Shown in pieces: positions 35,879 through 49,497 of a stretch of DNA of 64,000 nucleotides. The stretch is taken from positions 128,526,001 to 128,590,000 of the forward strand of contig NW_027362761.1 of assembly GCF_046119375.1 (NCBI RefSeq), written 5' to 3'. Position 1 is the stretch's first letter; every line of letters starts with the position of its first letter. This stretch comes from Phyllobates terribilis (Eukaryota). Both the position numbers and the translations under genes were made by a program. Below the pieces are notes generated by a model. The model was not told where the DNA came from. It made no database searches and worked only from the letters and a program-made list of their open reading frames with translations.

Positions 35879-36875
35879 CTAAAATAATGCAAACACAGCA
35901 GGTTTAGAAGCCACAAGCAAAAAACCCTGCCGCTTGCAATTTGCATGATACTGTAACATCCCAAAAATCATCTAAACAGGCACATTCCATAGTGAAGAAT
36001 TAGCAAACGTGTTCCAACTGGGAGAATCAACATATAATACAAAATTACATGAACATTTTGATTTTCCCTTAAAGCAGTGTAAGTATCTACTGACGCAGGG
36101 CCTGATGGGCGTATATAAATGGCATTAAAATGAGGGATCAGAGGTTTGCATTTTAAAGGGTGTTGCCCCATCTGAGGAATCTATGGAATATTAATAGGAT
36201 GTACTAAAAAAAATGTCCAACATGTGGGTTTCCCCCGCTAAAGTCCATGAACAGGAGCCGGTCTCATGCTGTCAGGAATAGAGAGGTGGTCATGTATGTG
36301 CATTTATAGCACATAGTTAATGCTGTCAAAGCCTAATTACAAATACTATGCCAAAATCTCTGTATTTTTTCCACCCTTCCTTAAAAAATTGAGCAGAAAA
36401 TAAATCAACAATTTATTATACTGCTGGGCAAAAAAAAAGAGGTGAAAATAAATAAATAACTATCTTTAAAGGGGTACTCCAAGAAGTTGTCCAAAATGGT
36501 TGCCCTCACATATTTCAGGCAGCAAACCGTCCAAGGCGTACATTAGGATGGTTGCCTGAAGACACCCAGATGTCTCAAAGAGATATTAGAGCAAGTTCTT
36601 GTAAGGCTGAGGAGCAGCATTGTGAATGACAGGAACTGATCTGCTCACTCAGCCTGACAGGTTTACAACTGGGAACAATTCAGAAGGAAAAACAGAAATA
36701 TTTTCCGACTGACTTAGTAGTCTTCTCCTCCTGCTTCATGCTCACTTGCAAACCTGTCAGGCTGAGGAGCAGCATTGTGCCTGAGAGCAACTTGCTCTAA
36801 AATCACTAGGAGACGCTGTCTCAGGCAGTGTGTTCAGGCAACCTGTCCTCATACATGCCTAGGCTGGGTTGTAAT

Positions 36876-37830
36876 AACAATAATCAGCATTTTTATCTCT
36901 ATAGCGCCAACATATTCCGCAGCACTTTACATTTTAGAGGGGACTTGTATAGAAAATAAAGACATTACAGAATAACAGAAAATACCAGTATCAACAGGAG
37001 TGAGGGCCCTGCTCGCAATCTTACAATCTATAAGGAAATAGGCAGATCATGAAAGGTAAATGGTAAAAAGTGCTTGTATTGTAAGGTCCAGCTATCAATA
37101 TAATAAATAAGGTATTCACATAATGCTGCATGAACCGATCACCAGCCAGTATGTGTACAGTACAGACACAGAGGGCTATCAAGTGCATGGAGGGTGTGTG
37201 AACTGATGCTTTGAGGGACCAGATTTGGAAGAAAATTTTGGAAGGCTAAAACAGAAATAGTTACATTGGTGAGGTGAGGCGATAAACCAGTCTAAAGAAA
37301 TGTGTGTTTAGGGCACACTTAAATCTGTTGATATTAGGAATTAATCGAATTGTCCTGGGTACTGCATTCCAGAGAATTGGAAACAGTAGTGGGAAGATCG
37401 GATTACTGAGGATGTTAGTCTTAAATCATTGGCAGAATGGAGGGCATGGAGACGGTGATAGACAGAGATGAGGGAGGAGATGTAGTGTGGTGCAGAACTG
37501 TGGAGAGCTTTGTGAGTGAGTGATAAGTTTATATTGTACTCTGTAGCAGATGAGTAACCAGTGCAATGACTGGCACAGGGTAGAGGCATCGGTGTAGCAG
37601 TTGAAAAGGAATATGATCCTGGCTGCTGCATTCAGGACGGATTGGAGAGGGGAAAGTTTAGGAAGAGGGAGACCGATTAGTAGAGAGATGCAATAGTCCA
37701 GACGAGAATGAATAAGAGCAACAGTAAGAGTTTTTGCAGAATCAAAGGTAAGAAAAGGTCGAATTCTTGAGATGTTTTTGAAGTGTAGGTGACATGAATG
37801 AGCGAGTGATCAGATGTAAGGAGTGAAGGA
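36876..37830 (-). mobile_element. 5'-truncated, degenerate L2/CR1-clade LINE
   Basis: Colinear with 38760-39700 (same 3' end, TTTATAGCGCCAACATATT). Remnant RT C-terminal peptide THKALHSSAPHYISSLISVY. Confidence 0.85.
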
Positions 37831-38272
37831 AATAAAGGGTTGAAGCTTGAAATATGTAATGGCGGCCATTTAGGACACTTTCTCCAAGAGACCCTTTAAG
37901 TGCCAAACAAGGCCGAATATTTAAGAGGTTAAATAAATAAGCAATTTCAATATTTTTAAGTAGGAAAACTTATTCCCACAATTATGGACTTGCTTTATTA
38001 TGGCATCACAAATACAGAAACAGCAGCAACATTTTGACCCCTATACATCTGGTCTTTGTGGGGTCAACATGTTGCTGCCATTTCTGAATTTATGATGTCA
38101 TAATAAAGCAAGTCAATCATTACTGGATGCTGAAGCCACCTCCTTCACTTGGATTCTGCTTGGGAAAATCATGTCTGGTGTTTGTGTATCCACATGGCAT
38201 TGAGTCTTGACACATCACTGATATTATTACAGGGCATATCAGGCAGTAAAGACCTCTCTATTGGATATATAC

Positions 38273-38408
38273 CTTGATCCCACGACAATGTCTTCATTTT
38301 CCAGGACACAGCAGCACCACACTGACTGGGCAGGCAGGCAGATTGTCTGGGCGCACTCTCCTTTACTCCAGATACGCACTGATCTGTCCTCTCCCGTGGT
38401 CACAAAGT
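38273..38408 (-). CDS. PLAA: PLAA coding exon 6 (136 nt; WD40)
   Basis: TTTTAG acceptor, GTATAT donor. [45 protein letters not shown]. Confidence 0.96.
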
Positions 38409-38759
38409 CTAAAAATAATAAAACATATTGGAACGTCACTTTGTACTGTACAATAGAAAAGCGCAGAACATTTTTCGATTCATTTCTGCATTTAGTACTT
38501 ACACCATTCATTTTTGACATTTTAAAATGCCACAATGCTGAGAGGCAAGTCTGAACATGGCTATAGATGGAAGAGACTGAAGAGACATCGAGCAGGAAAT
38601 GCCTTTCACAAGAAAAACAGATCCTATATATGGACAGAACTTCTGGAGCTATCAGGAAAGTGGCCGCAGCGGACAGAGCCTTGTCCTAATCACCCGCATT
38701 TAGCCGGAAGCCGCTAACCAATAAGAGCTTTGTAGAAGGGCTTCATGCCCCATGCACAT

Positions 38760-41700
38760 AATAATAATAATAATTTTTATGTTTATAGCGCCAACATATT
38801 CTGCAGCACTTTACAATTTTAGGGGGGACTTATACAGACAATACAGAATAAGCATATCTCATATCGAAAGGAGTGAGGGCCCTGCTCGCGAGCTTACAGT
38901 CTATGAGGAAATGGGGGAGACACAAAAGGTAAAAAGTACATATATTGTATAATGCAGCCTTGATATACTAAATAGGATAGATAATACATGGACTGGTCGC
39001 CAGCCAGTATGTGTACAGTCCTGACCGAGGCTATTAAGTGCATGGATGGTATGAACCTGAAATTGAAGAAGATTTTAATATGGGGGAAAACTGGGACGGA
39101 CAGATAGTGTGTTTAGGCGATAGGCCAGTCTAAAGAAATGGATTTTTAGGGTCCACTTGAAACTGTGGGTATTGGGAATTAATCGAACTGTCCTGGGTAG
39201 TGCATTCCAAAGAATTGGCGCAGCACGTGAGAAATCTTGGAGACGGGAGTGGGAAGTTCGGATTATGGAGGATTTTAGTTTTAAGTCATTGGCAGAACGG
39301 AGGGCACGTGTAGGAGGGTAGACTGAGACAAGGGAGGAGATGTAGGGGGGTACTGAAGCATGGAGCGCTTTGTGGGTAAGCGTGAGAAGTTTAAATTGAA
39401 CTCTATATTGGATGGGTAACCAATGCAATGACTGGCACAGGGAAGAGGCATCGGTGTAGCGGTTGGCGAGGAATATGATCCTGGCTGCTGCGTTAAGGAC
39501 GGATTGGAGAGGGGAGAGTTTAGTAAGAGGGAGACCGATTAGCAGAGAGTTGCAATAGTCGAGACGAGAATGAATAAGAGCTACAGTAAGAGTTTTTGCC
39601 GAGTCAAAGGTGAGAAATGTCCTGATTCTTGAGATGTTTTTGAGGTGTAGATGACATGAACGAGTGAGTGATTTGATGTGAGGAGTGAAGGAAAGATCTG
39701 AATCAAAAATGACCCCAAGACAGCGGGCTTGTTGCTGGGGAGTAAAGGTTGAGCCACAAATGTAAATGGCAATATCAAGGCACAGGTAGGTTAGTGAAGG
39801 GAGGAAATACGAGTAGTTCAGTTTTTGACACATTCAGTTTTAGGCAGAGGGAGGACATAATGTTAGACACAGCAGAAAGACAATCACTGGTCTTTTGTAG
39901 TAATGCAGGGGTGATGTCCGGAGCAGAGGTGTATAATTGGGTGTCATCAGCATAGAGATGGTACTGAAAACCAAATCCGCTGATTGTTTGTCCAATAGGA
40001 GCGGTTTATAAGGAGAAAAGAAGGGGGCCTAGGACTGATCCTTGAGGAACCCCAATGGTAAGAGGAAGGAGAGAGGAGGAGGAGCCGGCAAAAGACACAG
40101 AGAAGGAGCAGTCAGAGAGATAGGAGGAGAACCAGGAGAGAGCGTTGTCCTTGAGGCTGATAGAGCGGAGCATAGTGATGAGGAGCTGGTGATCCACAGT
40201 GTCTAATGCCGCAGAGAGATCCAGGAGAATCAGCAGGGAGTAGTGACCATTAGATTTAACTGTTAGTAGATCATTAGAGACTTTAGTGAGGGCAGTTTCA
40301 GTAGAATGTAAAGAGCGGAAACCAGATTGTAGAGGGTCAAGAAGAGAATTATCTGAGAGACAGCGGATTAGACGGGAAAGGACCAGGCGTTCCAGGAGTT
40401 TAGAGATAAAGGGAAGATTGGAAACAGGTCTGTAGTTGGCCGTGCAGTTCTGGTCACGGGATGTTTTTTTAAGTAATGGATGTATGCTGGCGTGTTTAAA
40501 AGAAGAGGAAAAGATACCAGATGAGAGGGAGAGGTTGAAAATTTTAGTTAGGTGAGTGGTGACAGCTGGAGAAAGGGACTGAAGGAGATGTGAGGGAATA
40601 GGGTCACTGGTGCAGGTAGTAGGGCGAGAAGATGCAAGGAGCCTGATCACTTCATCTTCCGTGACTGGTTTGAAGTCAGAAAGTGAGCAAGATACAATAT
40701 GGCGGGGGAGAGCATGCATAACGTTTGGGGATTGGGAGAAAATTTCCTGTCGGATATGGTCAATTTTTCCTTTGAAATAATTGGCCAGATAGTCAGCGCT
40801 GAGGTCTGTGGTCGGGGCCTGTGCTGTTTGATTGAGGGGAGAATGAAACGTGTCAAAGAGGCTTTTAGGATTATTGGAAAGTGAGATTATGAGGTTGTTA
40901 AAGTAGGTTTGTTTGGAGAGGTGAAGGGCAGAGTTATATGCTTTCAGCATAAATTTATAATGGAGGAAATCTTCGGGCAGATTAGATTTTCTCCACAGCC
41001 GTTCAGCGCACCTGGAGCCCTTCTGGAGAAGACGTGTTTGAGGCGTGTGCCAGGGTTGTCGCCGTCTATGCCGAATTTTTCTTTGTGTAGGAGGTGCGGC
41101 TTCATCCAGGGCGCATAGCAATATTTCGTTATAATGTTTCAATGCAGAGTCGGGACATGAGAGGGAGGAGATTGGGGCCAATGAGGATTGCAACTTTTTC
41201 ATAAATTTCTGGGTGTTAATGGCGTGTATATTTCTATAAGTGTGGAAAGTGGGGGGGTCTTGAGTAGACTCACAGTTCTTGACAGAGAATGAAAGAAGAT
41301 TATGGTCAGAGAGTGGAAGGGGAGAGTTAGTAAAGTCATGTACTGAGCAAAGCCGGGAGAAGATCAGGTCCAATGTGTTCCCGTCTTCATGTGTAGGAGA
41401 ATTAGCAAGCTGTGAAAGGCCGAAGGAGGAGGTTAGTGATAAAAGGTGAGCGGCAGATGGGGAAAGAGGATCGCCAATTGGGATGTTAAAATCTCCCATG
41501 ATTAGAGTGGGGATGTCACAGGATAGAAAATTTGGAAGCCAGGCAGCAAAGTGATCCAGGAACTGACGGGAGGGACCTGGAGAGCGATAGACAACCGCCA
41601 CTCGCAGGGAGAAGGGCCGGTAGAGTCTGACAGTGTGGGCCTCAAAAGAAGGGAAGACAAGGGAGGGTACTGGGGGGGGGATAACCTGAAAAGTACATTT

Positions 41701-42303
41701 TGTTGAAAGAAGCAGACCAACACCTCCCCCTGATCTGTTGTCAGGTCGCGGGGTATGAGAGAAATGTAGGCCACCATAGGAGAGAGCTGCAGCGGCGGTG
41801 GTGTCTGACTGCTGGATCCAGGTTTCGATGAGAGCCAGAAGGTTGAGGGAATTAGAGAGGAAAAAGTCATGGATGTAAGAGAGTTTATTACAAGCTGAGT
41901 GCGCATTCCAAAGGGCACAGTTGAATGAGACAGAAGATATGCAGGAAATATTAATGAGATTAGCAGGGTTACTGACTGTAACAGGGAAAGGGTAAGTGTT
42001 ATTATTGCTGGCGGGTCCTGGATTAGGAGAAATATCACCTGTGACTAAGAGAAGGAAGATACAGAGAGTGAGCAGATGGTTGAGTGATTTGTGAGAGCGT
42101 TTCCTGTGTTGTATGGTGGGAATGAATGGATCTGTGTGGTATAACATTGTGAAGAGAGCATGACAGCTGTACATAGGAGAAGAGAGGAGAGAAGGGTTAA
42201 TATGGATGAAGTGTGCCGAATTTGTGGGAGAACGGTGAATGTGGATGATTGTAGCAGCAGGAATATAAATGGCACAGATACAAATGGTGAATACTGTTTG
42301 CAA
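38760..42303 (-). mobile_element. Near full-length L2/CR1-clade LINE: APE endonuclease + reverse transcriptase ORF, inactivated
   Basis: 765-codon frame with ALWNA, LALIETW, MGDFN, SDHNLL (endonuclease) and [43 protein letters not shown] (RT). After TAA at 40006-40008 the frame continues to YADD (39943-39954). Frameshift near 39780. (TTA)n-type 3' tail. Confidence 0.95.
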
Positions 42304-44220
42304 AACAAATGACCTGGAAGCAAGTTTTTTAATTGTCTTGCATGTCTTACTTGTCTCCTGCCCTGTCCAACTGCCATATCTAACTGCCGAGACACTTTGA
42401 TAAACTAGGACAGAGCACAGGCCTCTGCCCGCTGCTGAAACGCTAACTCTGATTTACAACTCTGTGTTGTTCCTCTATTATTCCTCTTAGAAATGCATGT
42501 AGAAAAAGACAACTGGGTGTTACAATTCTCCTTGTGAAATGGGAGTGTTCCTACATGGTGTGGTACTTGCAGCACTGATTGGACTGTGCGGGGACACACC
42601 CCAAACTGGTAACGCCCAGTTGGAAATTTGTTTATAAATTTCTAGGAGAAACAAAAGAGGAAAAGCAGAACGCAGAGTTATATGAAAAGCTGATCCAGAA
42701 TTGTTACATTATTTACTAAAACATAGGAGGGAAAGTGACAGATAATCTTTAATGCATCTTTTTCCTACATACAGATTTGTGTAGCTGCTCTTTATTCTTC
42801 CATACACATGTACAAGCTGTCACCCCTCTCCCATGCCCCACACTGTCCAATCACTGCTCACTATCACCCTATCACTCTTCAGGACTGAGTCTATTTTGGA
42901 TCTACTTTGGTTAATGATCGCAGACATTTTTTTTGGGGGGAGGGTGGGGTTAAGGGGTCGTTTGCACTGCGACATTCACAGAGCTATAACTTTTATACTT
43001 TTTTGTGTGAGATGAGCTGGAATGTTTTTTTACTGGGGAGTACATAACTTTTCATTGAAAGAAAGCTTTATTTTTTGGTCTTACGAGTGGTGTAATAATG
43101 CTCCGGTATACTAAAGAATGAATGACTGATACTAGTATAGACTGACAGGCAAACTAATAGGAATTACTGGTCTTTGTCACAACCAGCTATGATTATGTGG
43201 GCACTCCCAGTATGCCAGGGTGATTATAATGACCATCCTGTTTGCCTACTTTGTGCTGATGACATACATGTACACGATTGGTCATTAAGAGGTTAAAGTG
43301 TACTTTTAGCATTGTAATGCTCTGTCCCACCAGAAGGTGGGAGATGCAGGCGGCAGATTGGGGGGGCCATTGCTGAGGCAATCGTATAACAGAAGCCTCC
43401 CTTATAACTAATAGAGAGGTTATGGAGGTGTACAACTGTCTTAGCAACAAGACGGCACAGGCACCGGGTGCATGACCTACTGGGAAACTTAATACGAGGC
43501 TGGAAGAATAGAGGCCGCTGCTAGCATTACCAATGACTTTGTCTTTACGGCTACTGCAGATATCTTGTAGCTTTTGTTCCTAGTCATGGTGGTAACGAAT
43601 TGTTCTGATGCGCCATCTTTGATGTGAAAACTGCGATGCAGTCAGTGAGTAAAAAACAACTGAGATCATTAGGAGGCCTGATATTGATAATTTCTTGGTA
43701 CTATTAAAGGCATTGTTTAGGTCTACACTCATTCTATGTGATGCCAACTTGTGAATCCTCACATTGCGTACAATGCACGCTGTCAGGATTCTCCGGTGCT
43801 GGGATCAGGTGGTCATGTGACCGCAATTATGCGAAATGCATACTTACAGTCACATTCTGACTAGACTTACCCGGCTTTGCTAACTTGTATTGAGCAAGGC
43901 CGCACATGTCTAGTCAGTACGTGACCGCATGTATGCAAATTGCATACTTGTCACGCGCCCGCCTGCTCCCAGCGCCTACAGCGGAGAATCCTGACAGTGT
44001 GCAGTGTGAGGATTCACAAGTTTGCAGTCATTTAGAAGGAATTCAGACTTGAACCCCAAGCCTGGACAACCCCTTTAAGTAACTGAATGCGCTTGGTGGG
44101 GATTGACCAAACATTTTATGTATATGGGAGCGTCCAGACTAGATATTGAGGCACTAGTCATGTCACCTTCATAGTGTAGAACTGAGAGTCTCAGTAATCA
44201 GTTAGATCTCATTTCCCTAC

Positions 44221-44388
44221 CTTGAGAATCTGGAAAGAGACATATGCTATAGATATAGTTGGTGTGGCCGTAGTAGATCTGCAGGCACTCTCCGGTGATA
44301 AGCCATCTGCGTATACTGGCGTCATTGGCGCAAGAGAGAAATTCCGCCTCAGTCAGTGTTGCCAGCCCTCGGACACAATCCTCATGCC
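44221..44388 (-). CDS. PLAA: PLAA coding exon 5 (168 nt; WD40)
   Basis: TTCCAG acceptor, GTAGGG donor. [56 protein letters not shown]. Confidence 0.97.
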
Positions 44389-44581
44389 CTGGAAATCAAT
44401 CACAATGTTATTTTCTACAATGGCACATTAACCCCATTGCCTCTTATTACTGGGCGCCTCATTGCAGTGCACCTTACTACACAGAGGACAGCAGAAATGT
44501 GGTAAAGCCAACAAGAAAGAAGTGTCTGTAAAACCTTTGTGTGACTTCTCTTCCATTATAACCTTTGTATATTTCACCCAC

Positions 44582-44702
44582 CTAAAAAGGTCCTCTCACA
44601 GCGGCCTGCCTTCCACAGCTTGATGGCCTTGTCGGCAGATCCGGTCAGCATCACACCCTGCTCGGGCAAAATCTTCACTGCCCAAACAGCAGCAGTGTGA
44701 CC
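44582..44702 (-). CDS. PLAA: PLAA coding exon 4 (121 nt; WD40)
   Basis: GAAG acceptor, GTGGGT donor. [40 protein letters not shown]. Confidence 0.97.
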
Positions 44703-45178
44703 CTTCAAGAAAATAAGAAATCTCCAAATATTACATAGCAAGATGGGTAACGTATGACGATTGAGACATACAGTGAACACGGCTTATTGTACTGATCGCA
44801 TTATACATTATTCCAGCAAGAAAAATACATAGAGCACAGGCTACCATGTTTTGGAAAAAAAGGAATCCGCACTGTATAGGTTTTCTACTGGAAGTCTCTG
44901 GAAAGAATAGCGTACGCTAATGTGCGATCCTCTTATATAGCATATAAAAAGATATACCGATATATAACATCCCAATAAAGGCCGCTATGAAGAAATAGGG
45001 GTCTATAGATGTGTTTGAAATACTCGCAGTTTGCAGTCCCAGGCAGCAGGGGGCACTGTGAATGTAGTGTTTAGGTCAATGTTCAGATCACATTAGTGAC
45101 GAATCACAAGACTTCAAATTTCTGTTCTCATTCACATTTATTACACCAATCAATGAAGGGTCCGGCCGAGGGTCTCAC

Positions 45179-45279
45179 CTGTAAGGTCATCATACACTTG
45201 TCATTCAGCCACACTTTTCCAGTTGTATCCCATGAGCCACTTAATAGGGTTCCAAACTTTCCAGAAGATAGGCTGCATA
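45179..45279 (-). CDS. PLAA: PLAA coding exon 3 (101 nt; WD40), missed by the ORF track
   Basis: CCCCAG acceptor, GTGAGA donor. [34 protein letters not shown]. Confidence 0.96.
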
Positions 45280-46624
45280 CTGGGGGACAAAACCGCAGAT
45301 ATTACCATAGTATCCAATGTGATGTACATAGAAGGTTACCGTGATGCATATGTGGGGGAAAAAAAACACTTTCTATGCCCCTGCTGATATCCTGGGGTCC
45401 AGTGTCATGACTAGATGCCAGGGGCAATCACAAGAACATAGGAGGTGGGCACAGCCTCTATAATAATACAATAGTAGCTGACAGGGACATTTATGGTGAT
45501 GTGCCAGTGTCACCCAATGGCACCTATACACAGTGTACAGACACAGCTGTCAATCAATGGTGTGGGAAGGGCTATACAGAGCTCAGCATTCAGCACATTG
45601 CTGGAATCAGGGTCTCTGCCCCTACATTGTGCTGTTCTCGTGGCAAAACCTGCTGACAAATTCCCTCTAAAGGGAATATATCAGCATGTTTTACTATATA
45701 ATCTGAGAGCCGCATAATGTAGGGGCAGAGACCCTGATCTAGCAATGTGTCACTTACTGGGATGATTGATGCAGGTTTCTTTGCTGCTGATCTTGTAGTT
45801 CTCTGAATGCTGAAATCTGTATAACCCCCACCCTCCACCACTGATTGACAGCTTTCTGTGTATACTGTGAATATGTCTAGACAAGAGCCATTGGAAAAAT
45901 GTACACAACAGCAGACTGTCCCTAGCTGAAAGTATAGCCCTATGTAGGACACTGACATTTTCTCAATTATAGTCTTCCAGTTCCCCAACGGGTAACGATT
46001 TGAGGATATCCTATAAAGAGATCATCTATTGCAGTTCTTGTTAGCGATACTGGAGGAGGGAGGTTGTGACACAGTTCACTAAAATATTCTCTATGGTAGA
46101 AATCTAAGGGAACGGTCCCACAAGGCACAAACTCAATAACATTTCCATTGAGATATTAACAAAGCTGATGCACATGATGAGGAGAATATCTGCAGTATGA
46201 ACTGACCGACACTGCGGATTCAACATCTGCAGCATGTCCATTTAAGCTGTGGATGTTTCCGCACACTTCCCCTCCTCCCATCAAAGTTTGTATCCTCTTT
46301 ATATATTGCAATCATAATATATAGCACTGTGTACTTACAATTGTTCATTTTCCCTTTCTACCCAGATAATTTTTCTCTTTTCTTTGCTCTATGCAGAAAC
46401 AGGAAGTCTCTTGTCCCTGCACTTATTATTCCCCTCAACTACTGACCCAGCTACTCCCTCTTCCCCCCCTGCCAGGGACTTGTGCAGTGATTTATGACTT
46501 ACACAGGAAAAATTGACCTCCTGTTTCTACATAGAGCTTAGAAGGATTCCGCTAGTCAATTTTTAATCACGTGATGTTATAGACCTAGCTGGGTAGAAAG
46601 GCAAAATAAGCAATTTTAAGTACA

Positions 46625-49497
46625 CAGTGCCTTGTGAAAGTATCTGGCCCCCTTGAACTTTTCTACCTTTTGCCACATTTCTGGCTTCAAACATGAAGAT
46701 ATAAAATTCTAATTTTTTTGGGAAGAATCAACAACAAGTCGGACACAATCGTGAAGTGGAACGAAATTTATTGGATATTTTAAACTTTTTAAAAAAATTA
46801 AAAACTGAAAAGTGGGACGTGCAATATTATTCGCCCCCCCCCTTGAGTTAATACTTTGTAGCGCCACCTTTTGCTGTGATTACAGCTGTAAGCCGCTTGG
46901 AGTAGGTTTCTATCAGTTTTGCACATCGAGAGGCTGAAATTCTTGCCCATTCTTCCTTGCAAAACAGCTCGAGCTCATTGAGGTTGGATGGAGGGCGTTT
47001 GTGAACAGCAGTTTTCAGCTCTTTCCACAGATTCTCGATTGGATTCAGTTCTGGACTTTGACTTGGCCATTCTAACACCTGGATACGTTTATTTTTGAAC
47101 CATTCCATTGTAGATTTTGCTTTATGTTTGGGATCATCGTCTTGTTGGAAGATAAATCTCCATCCCAGTCTCAGGTCTTTTGCAGACTCCAGCAGGTTTT
47201 CTTCCAGAATGGTCCTGTATTTGGCTCCGTCCATCTTCCCATCAATTTTAACCATCTTTCCTGTACCTGCTGAAGAAAAGCAGGCCCAAACCATGATGCT
47301 GCCACCACGTTTGACAGTGGGGATGGTGTTTTGAGGGTGATGAGCTGTGTTGCTTTTACGCCAAACATATCATTTTGCATTGTGGCCAAAAAGTTTGATT
47401 TTGGTTTCATCTGACCAGAGCACCTTATTCCACATGTTTGGTGTGTGTCCCAGGTGGCTTGTGGCAAACTTCAAACAAGACTTTTTATGGATATCTTTGA
47501 GAAATGGCTTTCTTCTTGCCACTCTTCCATAAAGGCCAGATTTGTGCAGTGTACGACTGATTGTTGTCCTATGGACAGACTCTCCCACCTCAGCTGTAGA
47601 TCTCTGCAGTTCATCCAGAGTGATCATGGGCCTTTTGGCTGCATCTCTGATCAGTCTTCTCCTTGTTCGAGATGAAAGTTTAGAGGGACGGCCGGGTCTT
47701 GGTAGATTTGCAGTGGTCTGATACTCTTCCATTTCAATATGATCGCTTGCACAGTGCTCCTTGAGATGTTTAAAACTTGGGAAATCTTTTTGTATCCAAA
47801 TCCAGCTTTAAAACCCTTTCGCAACCTTGGGTTTTGTCGTTTTTGCTTTTTTGTTTTTTGCTCCCCTTGTTCCCAGAGCCATAGCGTTTTTATTTTTTGG
47901 ACAATATGGCCGTGTGAGGGCTTATTTTTTGAGGGACAAGTTGTACTTTTCAACGCCATTACTAGTTTTACCATATTGTGTACGGGAAAACGGGAAAAAA
48001 ATTCCAAGTGCGGTAAAATTGCAAAAAAAGTGCAATACCACAGTTGTTTTTTATTTATTTTTTTACCACGTTCACTGAATGCTAAAACTGACCTGCCATT
48101 CTTATTCTCCAGGTCATTACGAGTTCATAGACACCAAACATGTATAGGTTCTTTTATATTTAAGTGGTGAAAAAAAATTCCAAAATTTGGTAAAAAAAAA
48201 TAAATAAAAAAAAATAGCGCCATTTTCCGAGATCTGGGCCTGGGTGAGGGCTTATTTTTTGCGCGCCGGGCTGACGTTTTTATTGATAACATTTTGGGGT
48301 AGATCCGATGTTTTGATCGCCCGTTATTGCATTTTATTGCAATTTTGTGGCGACCAAAAAATGTAATTCTGGCGTTTAGAATTTTTTCTCGCTACGCCGT
48401 TTACCGATAGGATTAATTCTTTTTTTATATTGATAGATGGGGCGATTCTGAACGCGGTGATACCAAATATGTCTATGTAGGTTTTTTTTATATATTTTAT
48501 TTTGAATGGGCCGAAAGGGGGGTGATTTAAACTTTTATATTTTTTTTATTTTTTTATATTTTTAAAAACTTTTTTTTTTCACTTACTGCATGCTTCGATA
48601 GTCTCCATAGGAGACTAGAAGCAGCAGTTGTCTGATCGGCTCTGCTACATACAGGGGGCCAGCAGATCCCCTGCATGCAGCAGAAATGGTCCTGTGCTAG
48701 GAGCGCCGACCACTAGGTGGCGCTCCTAGCGACCAAATCATGACAACCACAGGCGTCTGCTGCAGACCCTGGGTTGTCATGCCCACCCATCGGTAACTCG
48801 CGATCACGTGACGGGGTCGCCGGTGGGCGGGGCTTATGACGCGCAACCCGGAAGCGCGCGTTAAATGCCGCTGTCGGAGATTGACAGCGGCATTTAACAT
48901 GTTAACAGCCGCGGGTGGATCGCGATTCCACCTGTGGCTGTTGTGGGCACATGTCAGCTGTAAGAATCAGCTGACATGTGCTCCGTTCAGTGAGGGCTCA
49001 GCGCAGCAGCGCAAATGTGCGTACTAATACGGCATGGATTGTAAAGGGGTTAAACTTCGCCACAACATTATCTCGGACCTGCCTGGTGTGTTCCTTGGTC
49101 TTCATGATGCTCTCTGCACTTGAAACAGAACCCTGAGACTATCACAGAGCAGGTGCATTTATACGGAGACTTGATTACACACAGGTAGATTCTATTTATC
49201 ATTACCAGTCATTTAGGACAACACTGGATCATTCAGAGATCCGCACTGAACTTCTGGAGTGAGTTTGCTGCACTGAAAGTAAAGGGGCCGAATAATATTG
49301 CACGCCCCACTTTTCAGTTTTAAATTTGTTAAAAAAGTTTAAAATATCCAATAAATTTCGTTCCACTTCACGATTGTGTCCCAGATGTTGTTGATTCTTC
49401 ATAAAAAAAATTGAATTTTATATCTTTATGTATGAAGCCAGAAATGTGGCAAAAGGTAGAAAAGTTCAAGGGGGCCAAATACTTTCACAATGCACTG
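46625..49497 (-). mobile_element. Tc1 transposon (DD34E) with few lesions, interrupted by a TTAA element
   Basis: Long TIRs CAGTGCCTTGTGAAAGTAT / ATACTTTCACAATGCACTG-TA. Transposase MKTKEHTRQVRD (ATG 49105) to AKGGATKY* (46848), with WSDETK, FQQDDDPKH and [11 protein letters not shown]. Confidence 0.95.
47812..49049. mobile_element. piggyBac-like TTAA non-autonomous element inserted in the Tc1 transposase gene
   Basis: TTAA at 47808-47811 and 49050-49053. Removing the insert restores ...VAKFKAGFGYKKISQ. Confidence 0.85.
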
